Part shown: one piece after another, positions 14,200 to 28,734 of the stretch
Numbering within the stretch: the first letter of the stretch is position 1
Layout: each line of letters begins with the position of its first letter
NCBI GenBank assembly: GCA_012295275.1
Contig: CM022672.1
Coordinates: forward strand, 28,148,001-28,212,000
DNA length: 64,000 bases
Origin: Chrysomallon squamiferum
Lineage: Eukaryota > Animalia > Mollusca
Reading direction: 5' to 3'
Notes under the pieces: generated by a model
Databases searched by the model: none
Told to the model about the DNA's origin: nothing
The model's input: the letters and a program-made list of their open reading frames with translations, nothing else
Made by a program: the position numbers and the translations under genes

Positions 14200-16770
14200 T
14201 CGCAATACTATGCAACAAGTTTCCTAAATGAAGAACATGGTTGCTGTAAACCCTTGTTGGTTTTCTTACAGAACAAATAGCACTCTAAATCAGAAATTCA
14301 GCATCTTTGAATGCCAAATGTCTTTGGAATCAGCAGCTCTTACCACTCAATGTTACCACTTGTAACAGTTGGCTTATGTATCTAACAGAAAATTCCTAAA
14401 ATGTCCCTGTAAGAAATAATAATTTATACAGACCTTGCTGAATAAAGAATTCAGAACATAACAATTTTCTGCAGACGACACAACTTCCCTTTCTCTTATA
14501 TAGTTGCAGCTAACAGTAAAGCCTACATTGTTCTTATCCATGTTTATTTAGATAAACCTCTAGCAGGATGTGACCCCATTATCATTTATTTGTAGTTCAT
14601 TTTCACCCCTTTAGACTCAGCATTTTCCAGCTTTATGTACAAGCAATGGTGCCTTCCATTAAAAGTCTGTTGAAATGTTTTCTTGTAATTACTATTCTTT
14701 TAAAAGGTTTCTGTTGCTTTCGTTAAAGCAGTAATTATTCTTGAATGATTACTTTGTCACAGTCTATAAGCAATTATCAATAACTGTGTTGGTAATGTTG
14801 ATCAGAACATACCAATGATTTTATACTTCAATACTACTACTAATTATTATAATTCTGTGTCGTTTTTAATTTTTTTTTTTTAATTCTTATTAAGAGGTTT
14901 TCTATTCCTTGAGATTATTATCACTATTTGTTTTCTTCTTTGTCCTGCTTCTGAAATAGCATTGCAGTTCTGACATTGGCAAACAACATTTCTCACAATT
15001 CACCTTCTGCTTTCAGTACAGATGCTTTTAAGTGTCAGAACTAAATCTGAAAAGTGGACCATTAATTTTTTTTCATCTGAAAATGCGTAAGTTTACAACA
15101 AGCATTTCTCTGTGGTGGAATTTCAGTATGCTCTTCAGTTAACCCATACTTCAGTAGGACCAGATGAATTTTATTATAAGTTATTAAACATTTACCTGTT
15201 CATCTTTCATATTTCTTTTGAATATTTTAAATAATATCTGGAGAATTTCCTTCTGATTGGAGGAAAGCAATTATTATTCCTATTCCCAAGCCGATAAGGA
15301 TCCAGTAAATCCTACTAGTTATTGTTCTATCACTTTGACAAGTTGTATTTTAAAACCAAAGAAAGAATAATCAATCATGGACTAGTCATGTGCACTGTGA
15401 TGTAGTATGGCTGATAACCTTGTTACATTTGAAACATTTTATAAGAGAAGCTTCCATCCATAATCAGGATTTGGTTTGTGTATTTGGGGGTTCTTTTTGG
15501 AATGAATAAGGTTTACAGTGTCACGTGGAAGATTTTAAATAACTTCCATGGCATGGGCCTAAGACTAAGAGGTCAATTTCCTGTTTTTATTTCTCAGTTT
15601 TCAAAAGGCAAAAAGGTCATGCTCTCTTTTTATAGCTCTCTTGCCTAAACATAATTGTGAATGCTTTGTGTATGAGTCAACATTTAAGTCTTACATCCTA
15701 CATATAATGCAGTGTTTGACAATAAATATATGAATTTGTTTGATGCAAACCAAATGCTGTTTGGTCTTTGCATTAAGTGCTTTTTGTCGTTTTCCAACAC
15801 TGATTTAAGCGACACTTTGGAAACTCCTTCATATTTTGTTTTATCACTTTACTGTACCATCATAAGTTGCCTTTCATCCTGTGCATCTGAAGAAAGATTG
15901 TACAGATGTGTTAGGGTATAAACAGTTTTTCATGGAAATTAAAAACAAGTACCGAGATTACATTCCCTTTTCTACAGATGGATCACAGGGTGGGAATTCT
16001 GTAGCTTGTGCTAGTTCTTCCATCAGATATGCAATACTTATGAGAATGACTGACTCCACATCAGTCTTTAATGCTAAAGTTTGGGCAATCATAAAAGCCG
16101 TGGAAGAAATAAAGGATTCTAGTGCATCCAAATTTATTATTTTTACCAACTCACTTTCAAGACCCCAAGCTTTAGATACTATGAAGCAGGACCATTCCTT
16201 ATTTGGGAAGGTTATATGAAAGTTGGTCTTTTTATCTAAAGCAAATAAAGATACAGTTTATTTGTTGGGTACCCAGCCATGCTGGCATAAGATGTAATGA
16301 AAAAGCTTTGAACTTGCCACATGCAAATTGGTGTACCTTCTACTGATTTTAAACATTATATTGGCCAGAATATCGTCTCCACTTGGCAAAAGGACTAGAA
16401 TGGCATATTCATGATGACCACTTCATTGTGTCAAGTCATCCCTGAGGGACTGGCAGGAAAGATGAGATAGCCTTGTGTCATGTTTATATTGGTCGTACTT
16501 ATTTAACTCCATTCATTTATCCTGATGAAGGATCAACTACCTCAGTGTGAACACTGTCGGTGTACTTCAACAGTGCATCACATTTTGGTGGCGTGCCATT
16601 GTCAATTCCATCCTTAAAGATTAGAAATTTTTAAAGTTACAGAATTTTGCTATAAATTTTAATTTATTTAAACTATGATACTTTTATTTTTCATGCTCAA
16701 TAGCCAATACCCAATAGCCAATGTTTTTTGCTGATGGCTTATCATTACTTTATTTATTCATTTTTTCACC
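14200..16770 (+). mobile_element. Decayed non-LTR retrotransposon with RT and RNase H remnants (likely same family as 5540-7930)
   Basis: Pre-RT motifs (GPDE.., WRKAIIIPIPKP.KD, ~15150-15310). RNase H: FSTDGS...SVFNAKVWAIIKAVEEI...FIIFTNSLS (15881-16219), then WVPSHAGIRCNEKA. C-terminal CCHC-like remnant at about 16540-16600. Degenerate throughout. Confidence 0.85.
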
Positions 16771-16965
16771 ATCTATATAGGTTTTCTGAATACACATAAA
16801 AATAAACATTGTCAATAAAAATTCAGGGCTTTATATAATCTACATGGAATTTTCATTTTATAAAGATTTCTGAGGCTTAGCCATAACAAAACAATCTATG
16901 TTAACTGTATTATTAATAATTTTGCTTTGCTTTACCATTACATTTTGTAATCTTAAGTTTTCTTT

Positions 16966-19195
16966 TTAATTTCTTGTTCTTCCTATTTTCTTGATAAAGT
17001 TTTTCCCCATTTTCTGAATGAAATTTCTTCCATGGCGTTTTTTCATATTAAAAGAATTCCCCAAATCTGCTGTTGTCACTCTAAGATTATCAAAATCTGC
17101 TATTCCATATGAGTCAGTACCAACTCCAGCAAAACCTGAAGATGGTTTACTTGGAACAGTAATGTTAAACAGCAGGTAACCATTCACTCCACCAGTCACA
17201 TATCCATTCTGAAACAAAAAATATTAAACAGTTTATCAATATTCTTTTCCACCATTAATAAAGATTCAATTAACCCAGTTCTCTCATTAATTATTAATCA
17301 AGTTCCATCACTACATTAGCATATTATTAATCAAGTTATCTCATTAAGGTAGTTACATCACTAAAATGGCATCTCACTAAACTAGTTGTAACAGCAATCT
17401 GGCACATCATTAATCTGCTTCTATCAGTAATCTGGCATATCATTAATCTGCTTCTATCAGTAATCTGGCATATCATTAATCTGATTCTATCAATAGTCTG
17501 GCATATCATTAATCTGCTTCTATCAATAGTCTGGTATATCATTAATCTGCTTCTATCAGTAATCTGGCATATCATTAATCTGCTTCTATCAGTAATCTGG
17601 CATATCATTAATCTGCTTCTATCAATAATCTGGCATATCATTAATCTGCTTCTATCATTAATCTGGCATATCATTAATCTGCTTCTATCAGTAATCTGGA
17701 ATATTATTAATCTATAACTAACCTGACATATCATCATAAAGAATATTTCATCTCTAAATATTTTTTTATGTTGTTGCTAACCTCCTATAGCTGATTTCAA
17801 GGTTACATGATCCACAGGATCAAATTCAACATTAAACCATTATAAACAAACTACATGCTAAATATTTGAATTCCTTATGGAATTCCCTTTCGAATAGCAC
17901 CAATATTATGAATGTAGGCCCACTGTTGTTGAGATATAGATATCTAAAGAATGGTGATCATGTCCATTTTGACCAAAAATATATTCTGAAGGGTCACATT
18001 ACCAAAAGTATTGGCCTGATGTAAAAAATGTGTTATTTGTAACTATTCGAATCAGTCAGGTGAACTGACAAGGAATTATTCTAAGATACTAGATATACAT
18101 ACAGATGAATAACATACTTTGGCAAGCATAAACAGTTTGTTCCAGCCATGCCTTACTGCTTCATATTCTCTCCCTCCTCTTATTATTTTGTTTCTTGCTG
18201 CCATGAAATAAAGAAAAAATAATTCACTCTACTTTTTTATTTTTTTTTTCTGAATATAATGTTGATAAAAGAAGTAGACTTTAACTTTAATCTTATTTTA
18301 AATATTTCAGTTAATCAGTAGGTTGCCATAATATACAGACTATTTTTGATTTCACCAATAGTTAATCAGTGAATAATTTAATCCATTATGTTCTACTTCT
18401 GTTGTTTTGGGGGTGTTTTTTTGTTTTTGTTGTTGTTGTTTTGGGGGGGGGGGGTATTTCAGTTTGACTGGTGTCATTCATACTGAGTAAAAATATACAA
18501 AAACAAAACGAGTACTAATACAAACAGTATTAACCAGTTACAATAATTACTATAAATACAATTACCAAACTTGCTGATGATAAGAAAAACATAATCAGTT
18601 TACAAATAATTATAACTATTATACCTAAAGAATTACAAACTGTCACAATAATTATATCACAGTTACCTAAGTCACTAGTAACCAGAAACAAATTGTCATT
18701 TGGGAACAGGTAAAAGAAAATGCCTACAGCTTCATAACTCCAGCAACCAGTATTGGTGATATGAACTGCAACAAACACCCCAGTTGTTCCATTTACCTCT
18801 CCTACTTTCATATCAGCTTCAATATAGATATCAGTCCTTTAAGAAAAAACCCACAATATTTAAGGTTTATCTTTGGTGATATTCAGTAATATTTAAGTGT
18901 GCCTAACATGATACAAAAACCTAAAAATATTTTATAATTTCTTACATTTTAAAAAAATGTCTGTTATATTCCACATGTCAAAAATTGCTACCTCTTACCA
19001 CTTACAATTATTGTTTCTTTTACAAAATATTTACAATAATACATGTCATTTTGTAAGAGAGGATTATTTTACACAGGAATCAAAAAAAAAAACACATAGG
19101 AAAAAAGAATAAATATATAGCATTAATCTACTTTATCTCTAATCAAATTTTGGAGACATGCCCATGCACACACGTGCACGCATTAACATGCACAG

Positions 19196-19241
<46 letters not shown>

Positions 19242-22200
19242 CAATGTAAAGGTAAGATTTCAAATTTTCCACTCATGCATTTTTTATTCGGATAGGACTT
19301 CAAATTAACAGCACCAAAATACCTGTTTCACTCCGTTTTATTTACTATCCATGGATTGTGTGATTATAATAAATTCATGAAAATAAAGATTTTACAAACC
19401 AGTTTGCTTGTCCTAGTAAATTGATAGTAGCATCCAGATAACCAGCTGTGGTACACCATACAACAGGTTTTTCTAAAACCACTTGTCTCATTACTTTACC
19501 GTGGTCCTCATCGCCAGCTACTACCTCAAATGATCCACTCTGCATCGCCAACAGTAACGGTTCTGCATGGTTGTCATATACTGAAATAATAACAATAATG
19601 ACTATAATGATAAAAATACCAATATTACTATCAAAAAACAAAAAACAGCAATAATAACAACAAAAAAAACAAAAACAATAATAGCATCAATATTAACATT
19701 ATTAATAATAAATCAAATTTGACTATTTTTTTAACTGTATATGTCTTAATACTTATAATAAATACTAGTTTTAATTTAGCACTACCTTTTGATATAACTA
19801 TTATTGCACAGAATTTACTACAAATATTATATTCCTTCCACTGCTGCTGCATCTTCTGCAGTCCCATGAAGCATAATAATAATAAATAGAAATAGAAATA
19901 AATGGTTGTTTTATTTATTTTTATATTATTTTACCTTCAAAATCCTCAACATAAGGTAGAGTAAACTGGGCTGGAGGTGGGGGAGGCCCATAATCTCCAT
20001 GACTTCCTATCTTTAGTGTTGTCAGTGTATACAACTCATCCACCCCCAAGTTTAGTTTCAGTTTTCCATTGTGAACCTGACAAAAAGTTCAAAATTTTAG
20101 AATTTGCTTAACAAAAGTGGAAAAAATTCAATATATATATATATATATATGTATATATATGTCTGTCTGACAGTACTGTTACGATGGATGAGTCAAAAAG
20201 TGAGACACAAAATGTTAAGTTCCACACTGCCAATTGTCAAAAAATATGTAGTAAAATTTATTATATTCAGATCTAAAATAAGACAACTACATATCCATGT
20301 ATTATCATGAGAATTTCAACATTATTTTTTAAGGTAAAATGTTCTGTTACAGAACTGTTTAGTTCATTCACAAATCATAGCTATTCTTTATACTTTCTTC
20401 ACATTTCTTTTCATTTGGTCAAACATGTATATCCAAATTAACAGCCTGGTCTACCTTCTGATTACTAACTATGAAGTAATATAATCAATAAAGTGTACAT
20501 AACTATAAACAAATTAAATTTAAAAGCAACACAAAGTGCATTTATAGATTAAATGCGATTGATGCAGCTTGGAATAAAAATGTATGTTAGGATGACTGGG
20601 ATCAACAATCATTTGCAGTTGTATGTTGTTTTTGTGTCTCAGAATGTACTTTAAAATACATTATTGATTAACTGTTAAGTCTTTTCCAATGCTATGTTTA
20701 TAATTCATATTTAAATACTTTTATTGGTTCAAGCTTCTTGAAGAAAATAGATTCATCTCCATTAAATTGTAGCTTGGTGTACCAAACATTTAACTCATTT
20801 ATATTGGCCTGAAAAGAAAGAAAAAAGACAAACAGTTATAGATCAATCTTGTAAAAATACATATTTTACATACATTTTTAGCAGACAATCCAAATATATT
20901 TTACATATTTACAACAAATAGCTAAAATAATTTTATTTATCTCAAAATACTTGTTTTATAATCAAACTAAAATAATAAAGCCTTTAACAGAAATCTTATT
21001 TTCTTCAGTTTTGTGTATTTTACCTGTATGTGACCTAGTGACTACATACAATTACATGAAGAGTTAGCCTATAATAAAAACAATTAGTAAATGACAAAAC
21101 TAGAATTTAACAACATAAATTGTTTTGTTTTTTAAATAAAATAACATTTAGTCATGTAAATATTTTTTTAATTAAAGTTGAATTTAACAGTATACATCAG
21201 GTTTTTGAAATAATAAAATATGCAGTCATGTAAATAAATGTTTTTAATTAACATGTAAATTTTGATTTAAATTTTGAACAAATAACGTTTGAAGTGCTTA
21301 CAAAAGACCCTTTCAGATTAAGAATCACAGTTTGTGTTTTGACAGTGTAATATGGCAGCACTGGGCGAATACACACAGAATGATTGTGACTCTGAAAAAG
21401 AAAACTCAGATACATCTTATCCTTGTTTTTATTTTCAGGTGTGAGAACTAAAATTAAATAGATTTAGTATACGAACAGTAACAGAAACAATCAGCAACAT
21501 ATTACTGTGTGAGCATATGTGCATGCAGATGTAAATGTGTTTGTGTGTATATGTTTTTGTGTGTTTCAACAATATGCATACACACCATAGTTTCAATAAT
21601 AATAGAAAGATCTTTTCCATCAAGACTTATCAGTGAAACATATGATCCGCCAAAGTCAAACATTCCAACACCAGAACCATGTCGCAGGTAAGACCAGCCA
21701 ATGTTTGTAAACTGTGTGGTATGTGCTGAAAAAAACACAGAACAAATCTGAAAATAAATTTAATATTGTTACATGATTTTTGTTTTATTTTATTTACTTT
21801 ATAATGTAATTAAAGATTTCTTTATAAATACTGTCCTTAGTTCATGTTTTCCTCATATAGTTTTCTAAAACAAACAATATTTTGAAGTTATTCTTTTTTA
21901 CATTAAACCTCTTTATTCTTCATGAATATCAATATGATAATACATATCAAAATTAACGATAAATAAGATAAGTAACTTTTTGAATACATGACTAGTAAAG
22001 ATTTTTTACTTTTGTTAGTCTTTTTAAATATATTTCTGTTCATGATTTACATATTATAAATCTAATTATTTACAATAAAACTCACTCTATAAACACTTAT
22101 GTCCTGACAAGAACAAAGATTTGTATAAAATGGTTTTGGCATGGCCAAAACATTAATGGCCATATCACTTAATAAGTCATAATTTTATTGGTCAGTTTTG

Positions 22201-23305
22201 ACATTAGAGTACTTAATAATCAACACAATTTAAAGAACACTATTAAAGTACATACTAATTTACCTGATGTCCATATAGGACTAGATACATTGTAGTTTCC
22301 ACTCCATGGTTGTCTAGCAGTCATCAAAGAATCACGATCCCAAGGTAAACCCTCATAGTAACTGTCTATCAAGTTCCATGCTATTGTACTGTGTATATAA
22401 TTAAGTAATAAATTAATTAATTAATAATATTATTAAATATCAATTTTAAAAACTAAAACTAATTATGGGTTCAAGCATATAAAAAATACACTGCAACTAG
22501 TCGATAAAAAGAACTTGCAAATTTGCATTAAAATCATTTCTATAGCATTTAACAGCCATTAATAAAATATACAGAGTTAAACCATTTTTCATTACATTAC
22601 TCAAATCCAAGTCAAACATTCTGCAGTTACCTGGACAGTTCATTTCAGATATTCCATGCAATACATCATAAAGATAGTATATTTATATATAGCACATTTG
22701 TAATGAGTAAAAGTGTGACTGCAAAAAATAAAAATGGAACAAAAAGGATCGAAATTTCTTTCACAGACAGTAGCAACTTTCACTCTCATTGTCATTGCAA
22801 TTGGTCATATAATCAATAAAAAAAGCTCCTGATTCAAAGAGTTAAACAAATTATTATTTTACATTCAACATGTTTATAAAGCTTGGGATAATAAAAAAAA
22901 TACAAAGATGAGGTTATATTTTATTTTATTTCAAAAAAATAAAACTAGATCATTGCATTTGTTTATTCTATCAAGCTTTATAAACAAACTAAACATCAAA
23001 ATTAATGTTTAACTGTTCCTTATAAAACTACCTCGTCATGAAGCCATTTACATAGTTCCAGTTGAGAATCTGAAAAAAAAATTAGTAGACAGACAAAAAA
23101 AAAAGAAGTAAAAGAAAATATAGATGAAGAAGACAATGTGATAAAAACATTTAAAAAAAAGAAGTAAAATTCAAATCTTCTAAATGAAACTGACACTTAA
23201 TTCATCCCAAACAATAGATTTTTAATACATATTAGAATGAAGTAAATCTGCAGTGGATAAACAAACTAATTATAAATGTGAAAATGTGTGCTTATTGTGT
23301 AGGGC

Positions 23306-23342
<37 letters not shown>

Positions 23343-23393
23343 GTGTCCACATATATACTAATCTGTTTATCTTAATGGTCCACAATACAAATG

Positions 23394-23424
<31 letters not shown>

Positions 23425-24236
23425 CATCTGGATGAACTAACTAACTTCAAACTGTACATGACTAAACATATCTGAGAATCCCCCCCAAAAAGTAAAAAAA
23501 ACTTTATAGCTGGACATATGCCCACAAGGCTTGATAATTATTGGGAGAGTAGCTTAATCATCTTCTTTCTGATGAAGTTTAAAACAAAACAGTGTTTTGG
23601 TTTATCAGTAATATCCATACTAACCATAATCACTCTGCAAAATTAAACTGAAATATCCACTCCTAAGTTTTGTAAACTTACCCTAGCCCAGCAGCCCCCA
23701 CCAGTCAGATCATTGAAAGTGCTGTAATCCTCCGATGACCACAACTGTTTACCAGTCTGAAGTGCTTCTAGAGGTGATATTGTTCCAGGATAGTGGACAC
23801 TAAAATAATAGTAATAGTTGTAACTTTGAGATGTTAGTGGTAGTAATAGAGTATTAATACTAGTTGTAGGTGTAGTAACAGAGTATTAATAGTTATAGAG
23901 TATTAATACTAGTAGTACATGTAGTAATAGTTGTAGTAATAGCAGTAATAACAGTAGAGTAGCAATACATAGTGGAAGGCTAGAAATAATTATACCAATA
24001 AATAATAATGGTAGCAGTAAAAATAATAATATTAGTAATAACAACATTAATAATAGTAGTAGTTTTATTGGTTGTAGTGGAAGTAATAATAATAAAGGCA
24101 GTACAACTAGTAGTAGTAGTAGTAGCAGTAGTAGTAATTGTAGTAGTAGTAGTAGGAATAGAGCAGTAGTACTAGTATTAGAATAGTAATACTAGTAATA
24201 ATCGTAGCAATAGTTGCAGTTGTATCAGATCAACTA

Positions 24237-24271
<35 letters not shown>

Positions 24272-27200
24272 CAGATAGTAGTGGTAATACTATTAGTAAT
24301 AGTGGAAACGTGAAGTAACTACAACATCAAGATTACTTACCCAATGTAATCAACAGCAGCTGCAAATTCAGTGTTTGTCAAAATGTCATTAACAACACCC
24401 CAACCTCCGTCATCAGCCACAACAATTCGAGTACTTTGAAAACCAGAGTTGTCTAATACTTTTCTCAAAGTCTATATAGATATAACATTATCAAAATTTG
24501 TAATTGAGTAATAGAGTATTTTTAAAGAAAATAACTAAGTAATTTACCTTGGATATCTTAAGGTAGCTTATTAACTTTCCATTCTATTCATGTATTTTTG
24601 ACTATATTAATTATTATCTGTTTTTTATAAATATATTAACAGAAAAACTAGAAATGAGAAATATTTTATAGGTAATGCTCTGAAAAAAATAAACCACTAG
24701 TAAATAAAACAAAATTGTATTCAATATTAATGTTTCTTGTCCAGTTTTTTGTACTTTTGTAAACAGGTTTATAATTTATTTTTCTTCAATATCAGTTTTA
24801 TAAAAACTAATACTGAGAAATGGATAATATATAACCAGAAGATCAAACAACTTTGAATTTCACCATGTATATAATAATAGGAAAATTGATTAAATAATAT
24901 ATGCTAAATAAAAAGGTGAGGGAAATTATTGGTTATACTACATAAGATGTACAGTGGTACCTGTCTTTGGCAGCCCATATGATGAGCGGCCATCTAGGAT
25001 GTACGCTTTTCCAAGACTCGACTGAACTCAGATGCAGACAGCATTTTTAAAAATTACAATTGCACTGCTAAAGCAGATGGTCCTACCAGTTTGGATTTGT
25101 CTTTCCCAAAATAAATAATTTTATCGTACAACAGCTTTATATAACATTTTTAATAATAATATTAAATATCAATTTTAAAAACTAAAATTAATTATGGGTT
25201 CAAGCATATAAAAAATACACTGCAACTAGTCCATAAAAAGAAGTTGCAAATTTGCAAAAAATCATTTCTATAGCATTTAACAGCCATTAATAAAATATAC
25301 AGAGTTAAACCATTTTTCATTACATTATTCAAATACAAGTCAAACATTCTGCGGTTACCTGGACAATTCATTTCAGACATTCCATGCACTAAATTATATT
25401 CAAACAAATTGTCTGTAATTGTTGTGCCGCTAATGAGAGGACATCTGCAATGTAGGGATACTTTTGCTAGTCAGTACAAGACAGGTAACACTGTACTTTA
25501 TAACAGCTGTTATCTATCTTACGAATGAAAAAGATAATGAGATATTTTAAACATTTCTTGGACCTCATAAAAGTTATTGGGTTAACAGTTGCACATAAAA
25601 TAGGTAAGATAAACATGTAATGATTTTACCTTGACATATGTTTTCTCATAAGGTTTTTCATTCCAGATCTAAAATAAAAAATACAAATCTATTTATTACT
25701 AATTAATAATACATATTGTACCTTTCTTATTGTTATTTTAATTTTTTATAATTATTTATAATTATTCAAATGATATTTTATACATGTAATAATACTGACT
25801 TAATTTTTACATTATAAATACTTCATAACTTTTTTTAAACAGGTAAATATATGTTAAAACAATCAATATTTCAGAAATATAAGGAAATTCAATTTCTTAC
25901 GCCAATGAAGTCAATGTTAAGACCATGGATGAGTTTTGCCCCACGTATCCACTTCATGATATAAACAGACAGTCTGAGTGGATCAATGTATGGGTTCTGT
26001 GTTCCATTTCCAAGCCAGCCAGGAAAATTCCATGGTAAACCATACAGTTTGATATTTGGATTACGCTAAAAATAAATATATAACAAGACCTTAAGATTTT
26101 TATAGACAACATTTTAAAATAACTAAAACTTCTTACTAGTGTTCATATTGCCACTAATGTCAACAGTTATCAAATTCATTTCTTATATAATATTATTAAC
26201 ATACTCGTTTAGCTTCTTTCATAAGCCACCATTCATAACCTCTGTTGTAGTTTTCATCCCAGTCATTGTGCATGTGTGATGCTTCAGTGGCATCTAAAAA
26301 CAAAACAAATTATTTAGCATGCTTAAAAATGCTTATAATACACAAATATAACAATCCTGGATCTAAAATGTTTTAATAAACATATTTAATTCCAAAGATG
26401 ATTGAAAATTAAAATAAATATTGCAAACAATATTATTAGAATTTCAAGCACTTTTGAGATAATTAATTCATCATTAGAACTCCTCAAGATAAATACATAG
26501 AAAGAGAGCAACAGACATAATACAACTTTAGTTTTATCTTTGCCAAAATGATTTCCTTGAAATTATCATTGAACTTATGAATACTACTAAATAATTATAG
26601 ATCATAAATGGATTAAAGGAACAGTTGATACATTCTTCTCAGCTTCATAATTACAGACATGCATTTAATTACTCAGCTTCAACTCTCACATCACTAACAT
26701 TCAAAGAAATGTATCAAAACAGGAATAATATTTTTTAGTTTTGTTTGTTTGTTGTTGTTTTTCATGGGGGTTTATAGGACCTGCAAAAACATGTCTGAAC
26801 ATTAGGTATTTACTTGGTGTTCAGAACAGTTACCTGAACTTTGGGAATCACCTCCTATTTCAACTTTTAAAATCTGCAGTGCTGCACCAAATTCTGGCTG
26901 TAAAATTTTAAAACAGGGTACAGGATGACACTTCTTACACACATCTGGTTTTTATTTATTCATCAAATTACCAGAAAATTCACCTATTATTATGATCTAG
27001 ATAAAAATCACATCTGGTACAATATATCCAAAAGGCTTTTAAATGGTCCGTCTCCAAAGTATGTCAACTTTTTCACATGATTATGTGGCAAATTACTGTT
27101 TTTACACTAAGAAGCACTAATATACTTATTATATTTAATAGTATTAATACTATATTTTTAACAATTATAGTCTTAAAATGTAAAAGTATAATGCAGTTTG

Positions 27201-28671
27201 ATGTTTATCTTACTTTTCTTTTCTTTATTAGTTTTTTCAGTCCTAATTAAAATTGCTTGTATATGGTGATCCTTGTGCATTTTATATACTCAACGAATAA
27301 ATGAATTAATATTTTCCATAATTTTGATCTTTAATACCATCACTATTGGATAAATTTCATACAGATCTTAAGTTGATTAATAAAATAAAAAAAATTAATA
27401 AATGGAAATATGTTATATTTTTTTAACCATCTTTTTTTCTGCCAGAATGTTCTTTCATCTGCATATAAAACTTACAAAATGTTGTAACTAAAAATCATGG
27501 GTTTAAATGGTTTATAGACAAGGACTTTCCTATCAACCTGCTTTCAATTTTGCTGTTATGTTATTGAGAACAGTAAAAGTAAAACATTTGACAGACCAAT
27601 TCTAGAGAAGAACAGACAACAAGAGTAAAAAGAAAATGAAAATTAAAAGAGTACAAGAATTACCACTACTCTACTGTAAAAAACCAACCTTAAATAAGTA
27701 ATCTAGAATTTCGCTACGTTGTTTTTCTTTGTATGCCATCAGCAACTTTGAAGTTGCCTGCAACATAAAATGAATATTTAAATACATTATTTTACTTTCT
27801 GTAAATATTTATAAGAATAATGACACACAAACAATGATTGGAAATAATTATAAATCTTAAAAGATCTCTTCTGTATTTATATTTTGAATCTGTGATTCTT
27901 TCTCATTAATGAAAATAATCAGGAAAGAGTCCCAGTTATTCCTCTCACTATGTATCTAATCAATACACAGAAAAAAAATACACAACCATTTTGTATACAA
28001 AAATAACTGCCTCATCTGTTTCTACAGTTAGCTAGCCTTTCTCTTCCTATTTCTCCGTCACCTTCTTTTGCTACATTACCAGAACATTATAAACGTAACT
28101 ATCAGATAAGCTATAATAATAAACCATGGCATCTTTTAAAGCAGAACCAGTCTTTCTTTTAAAACGGGTGAACTTTCATCATCAAAGAATGTTCTCCTAT
28201 AGCTGTAACTAATCTAATTTTTTTAATAAAACAATACATTATAACATATTTTTTTCATTTTTTTATTTTATTTTATTTTATTTTATTTTTTGTGTTTTTT
28301 TTTTTTTTTTTTTTTTTTCATCTATACTGTCTCCAGAAAGCAAAGATAATGTCACAGACAGACTTCATTCTTTTAGATTTTACACATTCTCTTTACTGCA
28401 TTGGAACCATGCTTTTTGTTTGTTTGGTTGGTTGCTGCTTTTTTTTTTTTTTTTCTTCTTCTTCTTTTTTTTTTTTTTTTTTTTTTAAACATCCCTTTCT
28501 GTTCTAATTTTTATTTGAGATTGCACACATGCTGAAATTAGCGGGGTTAAATGGATAATCTTGACAAACGTAACCAAACTATCAATAGTTTCCAATAAAT
28601 TAGTTAACAATAGATAATTTAAATAAGCCTCTTTTTTTTAGATGTAAATTGTAATGAGTGTATTAGTGAAG

Positions 28672-28734
<63 letters not shown>

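Noticed and set aside
5540-16770. Oppositely oriented related LINEs flanking RCCD1 as a composite mobile unit
   Set aside because: Both are old and independently decayed, with no shared target-site duplication; independent insertions of a common family explain them.
17336-17737. 133-aa repeat ORF or CRISPR-like array
   Set aside because: Head-to-tail 33-bp units with no unique spacers, no cas genes, and located in a eukaryotic intron. The ORF stays open only because the unit length is a multiple of 3.
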